Source: a virus
Taxonomy: Duplodnaviria > Caudoviricetes
DNA length: 44,056 bases
Virus record (IMG/VR): IMGVR_UViG_3300030119_000303
Span: 1-44,056 of that record
Strand: one strand, 5' to 3'
Positions within the stretch are counted from its first letter, which is position 1, and each line of letters starts with the position of its first letter. The notes under the pieces were generated by a model. The model did not search any database and was not told the DNA's origin. It saw only the letters and a program-made list of their open reading frames with translations. Both the position numbers and the translations under genes were made by a program. Below are positions 19,701-26,412 of the stretch, in pieces.

Positions 19701-21674
19701 TTATTAAGACTTGGTGAAGAAGCTACTAACTTACAGACTTCCACTTTCTCTAATGTTAGTTTAGCTAAATTCGCTGAGTCTCTGTCTAATAATCCATTTA
19801 ATGATTACATAAAGACAGCACTTAATGTATCTAGGCATAATGACTATCCTTATTGGATGAATGCTAGCACTATGTTAGACCGCAGTGTCAGTACTATGTT
19901 TAAGCGTATTCATCAAGCTATGGCAGGTGAAGTATCTGGAGCCTCACTAGACAATAAACTTAACAGTGTAAATAACATACTTAAAGAGAGTGGCTATCAA
20001 GGTGTTGCTTACAATGCTGATATGCAACTATTCGCTAACAGTACAGTACCTAAAGGTGCGCTTTCTACTATGATACAGAAAGTCAATAGTATGCTAGCTA
20101 CAGTCGTGTTAAGGTTAGATAGTATCAACGCCGTGGTGAACACTGTATCAGCTAACGTATTATTAGGTAGTGAAACTAAAGCTGTTATTCGTGCTATTAA
20201 TTCCAGTAATGCTGATGCAGCAGGTGAGTTAGCACAGCTAGCTAATATTAAAGTCATAGGTACTGATAAAACTATGTTTTCTGCGCATAAGCTTATTGGC
20301 AACTCTATGATGAAGTTTAATTGGAATAGCCCTGAGTTCAAGATGTACAGGGAACGCGGCGTATTATCTAGTATCAGTGACCAGTATATGAAGTCTATTG
20401 ATGACTTAACACTTACTGGCAAGGAATCCTTTGAAGAAGTTAATGGTATCCTACAAAGAGTATCTAAAGGTGCTGAGAAGTTTGGTAACTTAGGTGAGAA
20501 GATAACTGGTAACAAGTTAGCGGAAGAGTTTAACCGCTTTGTTGCTGCTGATGTTATGAAACAAATAACTGATGTAGCTGTTAAGCATGGTGTTATGGAT
20601 GATAAGACAGCTTGGGCATATATCAATACCTTTGTTAACCGTACTCAAGGTAACTATTTAGCTGCACAGAGACCTGGGGTATTTAGTGGTGCTATAGGAC
20701 AAGCAATAGGTCTGTTTCAAACTTACCAGTTTAACTTACTTCAACAGCTATTAAGACATATGGGTGAGGGACATGCTAAAGATGCTGCTACCTTATTAGC
20801 ACTACAAGGTACTATCCATGGTATGAACGGCTTACCTGGGTTTAATGCTGTCAACACACATATACTAGGTAATGCTTCAGGTAATAATGAACATAAAGAT
20901 GCCTTTACTACTGTGTATGGTACGGCAGGTAAGGAAGCAGGTGATTGGTTAATGTATGGGTTAGGTTCTAATATGTTTGGTTTAATAGACCCAGCATTAA
21001 AGATTAACTTATATACTCGCGGCGACATTAACCCAAGGCACGTTACTATACTACCTACTAACCCAGCAGAAGTTCCAGCTATTCAAGCTACTGGCAGGAT
21101 GTTAGGTAACATATTCGGTACAATAGGTAGTTTAGCTAATGGCGCGGATGTTAGTACTGCATTGCTAAATGGACTAGAACATAATGCTGTTAGCAGACCG
21201 TTAGCTGGACTGGCTGTGGCACTTAAAGGTTTTAATAACCCAGAGCAAGCTAGTTATAGTACTAGTAGCCGTGGTAATGTTATAGCTGCAAATGACTTAC
21301 TTACGCTAACTAACTTAACTAGGTTAGCAGGTGCTAAGCCACTAGATGAAGCTATTGCACAGGACACTGTATATAGAACTACGGCTTATCAAATGAAAGA
21401 TAATGCTCGTAGACAGGTATTAGGTAAAGCTATTAAAACTGAACTTATTGCTGGTAAGCAGCCTGATGCGGCTAAGATAGATGAGTTTGCACAGAGATAT
21501 GCAGAGATAGGCGGGGATATTACTGGGTTTAATAGGTGGTATACCTCACTATATAAATCTGCTAACTTGTCTCAAGCTAATGAACTGGCTGATAACTTAA
21601 ACAGTCCATACTCTAAACACATGCAAATAATAATGGGAGGTAAACCACCTAGAGATTTCTACGGGGAAGACTAA
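16737..21674 (+). CDS. Large internal virion (ejection) protein
   Basis: 1645 aa, Cys-free, Gly/Ala-rich hydrophobic segments near both termini; last late gene. Confidence 0.75.
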   Translation: MANAYQDYINQYTKGSAASPPAWATAADTQSIANGNKTFLESASDLTASIPKFIGVSLMSGVNELYNMPTNIGNLFGADLETRETEDFIANFGDNWVDYYKEYKEGADLAGFIVSSFIPGTAGVRFLNLGQKSLQTAIGAGKFSSGMGKALGLLAPNKPLHLGKALKEVATTGTATSLFQGNALKALASGAQQNFLEALAFEGMVAATMYSSPILEEQDFSDIAKNALFGAALFTGIGGAVDAASIKFAIRNKADAATIEAMPWTHIPEQHNITDPHAKIIMDLDTINNMPDIPTSFSPERQSILKNKAEATKAKLENRLRENFNDITGKDYEVSAVLTDNIKQLPFEEQVKFVTGLKETSRLTKDPKLIKEYEKLTEKVALGKATDEEMKKFLDSDIHEGTAKLWGENAGKISFEKPIITQLADTLKKGEKIEINKSRTKVTAGKKTFSFSLKEHTAKASGKSKNPFNLFKADKLTVNARYIWAQSIPDLKLSAKNKLYVDANDFPLLERAYQQYGEEALDYLQISGLPKGEDLSTIGLKDFIIRQKLEAANELMYRAGGAKPTATTQEEIAAIINVKNKVLSGELKTTTSADDFDISDFTALQSYAKEFSDKFADGKEVAIWNRPQHINVAYDISNFNDLDGNVLKAVTIIKEQQRVYRQGMDRASATVLGDFFRQLPDIFSSDIKSKAKSSGAGPGFLSFSNGNYGSLASTVEYVGNVTNRAITKAKEAAELRLNAPLYNLRNNEKAAIEFSTLDANLRALETKYTLNDAGNAMVPLNLYKWEKMAKEAVDNGKEPPTRPVFDSRTPENIPIKNKETAEAIKAHIELNGKNVNNLAAIRSAQGIELNRDPLEYYPIPVNPSDYQHFAIVIDNSITTGNHHRTIYATSEEELETMSNTLKSNPQLKVLFKRDAEEYYKSIGQYEYEKTINSNYLDMEVKRLGVSANYNPPTDPTLITQNVLKWHNAKAANIVREGVTAKYEVEFQELLRLGEEATNLQTSTFSNVSLAKFAESLSNNPFNDYIKTALNVSRHNDYPYWMNASTMLDRSVSTMFKRIHQAMAGEVSGASLDNKLNSVNNILKESGYQGVAYNADMQLFANSTVPKGALSTMIQKVNSMLATVVLRLDSINAVVNTVSANVLLGSETKAVIRAINSSNADAAGELAQLANIKVIGTDKTMFSAHKLIGNSMMKFNWNSPEFKMYRERGVLSSISDQYMKSIDDLTLTGKESFEEVNGILQRVSKGAEKFGNLGEKITGNKLAEEFNRFVAADVMKQITDVAVKHGVMDDKTAWAYINTFVNRTQGNYLAAQRPGVFSGAIGQAIGLFQTYQFNLLQQLLRHMGEGHAKDAATLLALQGTIHGMNGLPGFNAVNTHILGNASGNNEHKDAFTTVYGTAGKEAGDWLMYGLGSNMFGLIDPALKINLYTRGDINPRHVTILPTNPAEVPAIQATGRMLGNIFGTIGSLANGADVSTALLNGLEHNAVSRPLAGLAVALKGFNNPEQASYSTSSRGNVIAANDLLTLTNLTRLAGAKPLDEAIAQDTVYRTTAYQMKDNARRQVLGKAIKTELIAGKQPDAAKIDEFAQRYAEIGGDITGFNRWYTSLYKSANLSQANELADNLNSPYSKHMQIIMGGKPPRDFYGED

Positions 21675-21872
21675 TCAGAAAGAAGGTGTAAGAGACACTC
21701 CAGCTTTATTTAAAGCAGAGAATATACTATGTCTAATTTCTGCATCTTCTTCGTCTTCATCTTCTGAATGACCTTGTAAGTAGTTTTGAGTAAGTGCAAG
21801 TAAGTAACGTGCTTCACCTTCACTTAGTACTAGTGTAGCTGTAGTAAGTGTTCTTGTAGTACATTGAGCCAT
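21675..21872 (-). CDS. Hypothetical protein
   Basis: GAGG RBS; its stop abuts the stop of the large ejection gene. Confidence 0.7.
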   Translation of the reverse strand: MAQCTTRTLTTATLVLSEGEARYLLALTQNYLQGHSEDEDEEDAEIRHSIFSALNKAGVSLTPSF

Positions 21873-21900
21873 ATTAATTTCCTCTTGGTAGTGGTACTTT

Positions 21901-21924
21901 CTGGGAACGGATGCCCAGCTTTTT
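21901..21924 (+). terminator. Possible terminator for late (+) transcripts
   Basis: CTGGG-N8-CCCAG followed by CTTTTT; short stem. Confidence 0.35.
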
Positions 21925-21926
21925 AC

Positions 21927-22220
21927 TTATTGCCGCAACTCTGTGCCTCTTTGCTTAAGGGAAGTTAAGGCAGCAGCTAGTCTATCTTCTTCAAAGCTAC
22001 TTAACCTTCTTAGGTCTAAAGACTCATCTAAAGCAACCGTCTTAAATCTAACTCCCTTAGTCCCCCTATCTACATTAAATACAGACATTATATGCCTACA
22101 GAACTTAAACTCAGTCTGCGAACGTATTTGTCTGGCATCGTGTACAGTAGCAGTTATGACTAAATCCACCTCACCACTATTTAGCAAAGATATAATCTCT
22201 TCCCTAGGCAGTGTGTTCAT
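21927..22220 (-). CDS. Hypothetical protein (start revised to 22220)
   Basis: AAGGGAG RBS before the ATG at 22220, just after the MazG stop. Confidence 0.65.
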   Translation of the reverse strand: MNTLPREEIISLLNSGEVDLVITATVHDARQIRSQTEFKFCRHIMSVFNVDRGTKGVRFKTVALDESLDLRRLSSFEEDRLAAALTSLKQRGTELRQ

Positions 22221-22224
22221 GTCA

Positions 22225-22977
22225 CTACTCCCCTTCTGCTTTATCCGCCCTATTAATAGCTTGTGCATCAGAGTACTTACCTTCTGCATAACGCGCATTA
22301 GCTGCCTTAACTAACTTATCCATGTTAGCATGCATTGCTTCTTCCTTAGTAATACCTAAGCAGGTAAATAACGAAGCCATTCCGTCAGTAACAGGGGAAG
22401 TCTTATATAGCCTATCCAAGCTTTCCTTACTAGGCTTTAATCCTTCCGTCTTATATAATAGCGCCCCGCCAGTAGTATAGAACATGATATCTCCGCACTC
22501 TTCTAATACATTCTTAGTATCAAGAGGTTTACCGTAGATTACATTCTTCTTAATAGCATCCAGCAATTCACCTAACTCACCAGCTACGCCCATATACATA
22601 TGCAAGTTATTAAGCAGTATGTTAATAAAAGCTTCTTCATAAGTAGCATCAGGGAAAGGCTCTAAAACATCAGTTGTCTTAACAGCCTCGATAAAACTAT
22701 CGTCTACCTTATAACCTAGTTTACTAGTTTCTAGTAGGTGCTCACAGGTATCCTGCAATATACTAGCGGCACCAGAGATGTTACTAGCTAACTGCGCTAT
22801 CACTTCTAAGCTACCTACTTTTACGCCCTTTATATCTTGCGGAGGTTTAGCTAACTTAGCTACCATCTCCACATACTCTGCTATTACTTCTTCCGGTACT
22901 TCTTCTACTGCTTGAGAACGTTCCGGTTCACGCATACCTATTGGCATAAGGTTTTTAATATCTGTAACTTGTTTCAT
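22225..22977 (-). CDS. mazG: MazG-like nucleotide pyrophosphohydrolase
   Basis: GVAGELGELLDAIKK, LEECGDIMFY and ANMDKL...RY motifs. Confidence 0.85.
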   Translation of the reverse strand: MKQVTDIKNLMPIGMREPERSQAVEEVPEEVIAEYVEMVAKLAKPPQDIKGVKVGSLEVIAQLASNISGAASILQDTCEHLLETSKLGYKVDDSFIEAVKTTDVLEPFPDATYEEAFINILLNNLHMYMGVAGELGELLDAIKKNVIYGKPLDTKNVLEECGDIMFYTTGGALLYKTEGLKPSKESLDRLYKTSPVTDGMASLFTCLGITKEEAMHANMDKLVKAANARYAEGKYSDAQAINRADKAEGE

Positions 22978-22986
22978 AGTAGTTTC

Positions 22987-23313
22987 CTAATGAATGATTT
23001 TATTTTCTGTGGAGTCTGTACCGTACTGCTCAAAGCCTATAGCTGCAACATCAGCATAACCTTTAATACGGCGTGTAATTAACTTGTCCCTAATGGCAGT
23101 GTATATAGGATTTAATTCATCTTCAGTATACACGCCTTCTAAGACTACGTTAACATAAGCTGCTATTTGACCTAGTAACTGACCCCAATTCAGAGGGTTA
23201 TTAATATTCAGTCCCATGTCAAGTAAGCAACGAACTAATGGAGGATGCCTGTTAACTTCTTGCATTAACCAGACACGCTCCTTAGAAAAATAAGCAGCAC
23301 CTGCTATGGCCAT
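22987..23313 (-). CDS. Hypothetical protein
   Basis: AAGGAGG RBS; overlaps the upstream stop. Confidence 0.75.
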   Translation of the reverse strand: MAIAGAAYFSKERVWLMQEVNRHPPLVRCLLDMGLNINNPLNWGQLLGQIAAYVNVVLEGVYTEDELNPIYTAIRDKLITRRIKGYADVAAIGFEQYGTDSTENKIIH

Positions 23314-23801
23314 TTGTTTATTACCTCCTTTATCTTACTCCACTGAGTATCAGTTAGAGTTTGTTTAGCATACAGTTTAAAACGACGGTATAGGTCTTGT
23401 TCTCTACACCCGTATTCTGCATTAAAACCTTCAGCGCTAATAGTAAACCCTGCTATATACGCATTGTATATATCAATCTCACTGATAGTATCTGCTAATG
23501 CTGGCAACCGCGTACTATTAGCTTCATCTAAATCAGCTCTAGCTTTAGCTAATACTCTGCTTATGTTAGCAATAGTATCTTGTACAGTACAGCTATACAT
23601 ACCAAAAGGCTTAGGTGTAGGCTGTACTAAAGATGAGATATTCTTAAGAGCGTTATTAAGAACCTCAATCAAAGTAATACTTTCCTGTAATACAGGTACC
23701 GGATTAGCTTTTACTTGAGCCTGTATAATAGCCATAACAGCTGTTAGCTTAGCTACTTGTTGCTGTGCTGGATTTATTTTACTAATCATAATACTATGCA
23801 C
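23304..23801 (-). CDS. Hypothetical protein
   Basis: Part of the tightly packed minus-strand operon; true start may be 23789. Confidence 0.7.
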   Translation of the reverse strand: MHSIMISKINPAQQQVAKLTAVMAIIQAQVKANPVPVLQESITLIEVLNNALKNISSLVQPTPKPFGMYSCTVQDTIANISRVLAKARADLDEANSTRLPALADTISEIDIYNAYIAGFTISAEGFNAEYGCREQDLYRRFKLYAKQTLTDTQWSKIKEVINKWP

Positions 23802-24097
23802 CTTTTGTTGAATTGCTGTTCAGTGACTACTAACTTATAGGCAAGTATGTCTATTATATAGTCACCTACATTAACTTCATCGTACCTATTTCCTAGAGGA
23901 TGAGGTCTAAATAACTTAAACACATTACCGTTATCCTTAACGTACTTAACATACTCTTCGTCACTATAAAACCAAGAGTCGAACTCAGGGTGCCTACCTG
24001 TAAACTCAAGTACTTCCAATAAGTTATCTCCTGTATATTGTATAAAAGTACATACGTTATCTACGTTTACACACTTATTTTCGGCCTTCATTATCAA
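23786..24097 (-). CDS. Hypothetical phage protein
   Basis: IQYTGDN...VGDYII pattern common in small phage proteins; start may be 24091. Confidence 0.7.
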   Translation of the reverse strand: MIMKAENKCVNVDNVCTFIQYTGDNLLEVLEFTGRHPEFDSWFYSDEEYVKYVKDNGNVFKLFRPHPLGNRYDEVNVGDYIIDILAYKLVVTEQQFNKRCIVL

Positions 24098-24452
24098 TCT
24101 CCCACCTAACAGGCATAGAGTTAAACAGTAGTTTAATTTCAGGGAACACTGTTCCTGCAGTATAATCAGCTAACTTATAAGGCTTACTACATAAGTTACA
24201 ATACACCCAACCATCTTTAAGTAATACTGCATGACCTACCTTATCTACAGACGCGTATACTACATCACCCCCACCAAAAGCCTTCTGTAAAGTAAAAGCA
24301 AAATCTTCACAGTCACCTTCAAAAATATGGTATATACTACTATACCTGATAGCTTCATTGTACTCATCCTTCACGTACACGAAGTTAGCTTTGGCCGCTT
24401 TAAACTCCCGCCAGTGAGGAGGATTTTTTAATAACTTATCTAACCATTTCAT
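24075..24452 (-). CDS. Minimal transglutaminase-like cysteine protease (BTLCP/peptidase C93-like)
   Basis: GDCEDFA and GHAVLL motifs; AAGGAGG RBS. Confidence 0.75.
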   Translation of the reverse strand: MKWLDKLLKNPPHWREFKAAKANFVYVKDEYNEAIRYSSIYHIFEGDCEDFAFTLQKAFGGGDVVYASVDKVGHAVLLKDGWVYCNLCSKPYKLADYTAGTVFPEIKLLFNSMPVRWEIDNEGRK

Positions 24453-25096
24453 TTGTCTACCTCCTTACCTAGTACACTAGCTTCCATAGCTTTCCATCTA
24501 GCTATCTTAGCTCTGCACTGTTTAAGAGTTTTTATTTGAGCCTTGCAATCATGGATACCATTATGAGGTACTTCAGACTCTACTTTAGGTACACCTAATT
24601 CATCAGCTAAAGTACGAAGTTCTTTAATAGTACAGTGCTTACTCCAAGGTACAGGCATATTAACTTGTCTGAATAAGTTATTCAGAATAGGGAAGTCAAA
24701 GTTACCACGAGACCACCAAGCTACTATATTAAAGTTAACATTACTATAACCATAGATTCTATTTATGGTGTTAATGTTCTCTGCAATAGTGAAGGCAGTC
24801 GCGTGCATACTATGATTACTTCTAACTTCAGACTCGTTAATAATAGATATAGCCTTATCCAACATAGGCTTATTTTCAGGGCTGTTCCAGAACTCTAATG
24901 TACTCTTACTAGTAGTTCTGCCGTTATCTAACTGCTCATCTATGTCTAGATAGAAGTTCATATACAAGTCAGGTACTTCCTCAGTAGGTGAGAATATAAC
25001 CATACTTATCTGAAATACTACCGCTAGTTCTACTGTGTCTAAGGACTCAATATCTACCATAGCTTCTAAGTCAATTTGTTTCTTTTGTGTTTCCAT
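24449..25096 (-). CDS. DEDDh 3'-5' exonuclease (Rv2179c/DUF5051-like)
   Basis: MVDIES, STLEFW, WSRGNFDFPIL and HNGIHDC motifs. Confidence 0.85.
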   Translation of the reverse strand: METQKKQIDLEAMVDIESLDTVELAVVFQISMVIFSPTEEVPDLYMNFYLDIDEQLDNGRTTSKSTLEFWNSPENKPMLDKAISIINESEVRSNHSMHATAFTIAENINTINRIYGYSNVNFNIVAWWSRGNFDFPILNNLFRQVNMPVPWSKHCTIKELRTLADELGVPKVESEVPHNGIHDCKAQIKTLKQCRAKIARWKAMEASVLGKEVDK

Positions 25097-25107
25097 AATA
25101 ACCTCAT

Positions 25108-26397
25108 TTAATAAGAGTTAAGTTCTTCCTGAGTTAAATACTTCCAATCTACTAATCCATCCTCACCGTCAAATAATACTTTCTTCTTAGGTAAGTAGAT
25201 TGTCCTGCCGCTATTAGTCTCTTGTACTGCTATTTTATCTGCCAGTAACAATGAGTTGATAGCTTCTATTACTTGTTCCCGCTTATCAAAGTCTTGGCTA
25301 ACAACCTTAAAGATTTCTTTAAATGTAGCCATACCTTTGTTAGTGATAAACACAAGTATCTTATGGGTAGCAGCACTATTCTTACTTCTACCAAATTCAC
25401 CTAGTGCTCTAGGCATAAGCTGTTCAGCGAAAGTAAGGACAGTATTAGCCTCAATAACTACATCCTTTGTTATCTGCATAGATAACTTACTTGCTGCTAT
25501 AACCATAGTAAGTTTTATAAGATGCTGGAATCTACGGTTACTATAATGTTCAAATCTAGGGTCATCAATACTATCCCACTTAGTGTAGATAATTTTCATT
25601 AACTCCCTAGCCTCATCTGTTAGTAACATCTCACCATGTAATTTATCTTCTACATCTGAAAAGAATTGTACTAAATCACCTTTAAGAGATTCATCTGGAG
25701 GTAATGGGAATGGTATCTCTTTACCGCTAGGGTCACTGTATATAAGTAACAGCCTGCTAAAGAAACCTTGCCCTATAATCTCTGGAGGGAAAGCTGAGTT
25801 AAGACCTACTTGAGTATTACCGCCTAGTATATTAATGGTAGGGTTATTAATATAAATACTATCGCTGTTCTTTAGACGGTAATCAAATACTCCATTGTAA
25901 TCCCATAACTCACCTAGTATAGAAATGAAGTCTACGTTGTTATAGCCTATAAAGTTATTAAACTCATCAGCTGTAACAAAAGACTCCGCAGGTGCTTTAT
26001 TAGATGCCGCTGATTTCTCACTAGCAGAGTCTTCATCTAATGTTAAGTTATCTAGGATTAAATCTACGTCACTTGTATCTTTACCTTTATTTAGGAATTG
26101 CTCTGCTAAGTCAGTTAGGTACTTTTCCTGTCTAGTCTTCTTTGCTGCAAAGTAATCATACCCAGTATCTCCTAATAACTTAGCGCCCATCTTGATACCT
26201 GTTGATTTCTTAGTACCTGGGCTACCTATTAATAAGACATACATATTAGGGTATATATTAAAGTGACCGAATCTAAAATGTACTTTTCTACCTAATTTTG
26301 CTGCAAGGCAACTTAACGCAGTCCACCTATGAAATAACTTCGGACACTCATTATCGTCAGTATATTTAAGATAGGTAGCTATGTAGTCTATAGCCAT
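25108..26397 (-). CDS. DUF3987-like P-loop ATPase (putative replicative helicase) with C-terminal winged helix
   Basis: YPNMYVLLIGSPGTKKST Walker A, ADEF Walker B, GFFSR arginine finger, HLIKLTM; no primase domain attached. Confidence 0.8.
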   Translation of the reverse strand: MAIDYIATYLKYTDDNECPKLFHRWTALSCLAAKLGRKVHFRFGHFNIYPNMYVLLIGSPGTKKSTGIKMGAKLLGDTGYDYFAAKKTRQEKYLTDLAEQFLNKGKDTSDVDLILDNLTLDEDSASEKSAASNKAPAESFVTADEFNNFIGYNNVDFISILGELWDYNGVFDYRLKNSDSIYINNPTINILGGNTQVGLNSAFPPEIIGQGFFSRLLLIYSDPSGKEIPFPLPPDESLKGDLVQFFSDVEDKLHGEMLLTDEARELMKIIYTKWDSIDDPRFEHYSNRRFQHLIKLTMVIAASKLSMQITKDVVIEANTVLTFAEQLMPRALGEFGRSKNSAATHKILVFITNKGMATFKEIFKVVSQDFDKREQVIEAINSLLLADKIAVQETNSGRTIYLPKKKVLFDGEDGLVDWKYLTQEELNSY

Positions 26398-26412
26398 GCT
26401 AACCTCTATTTG

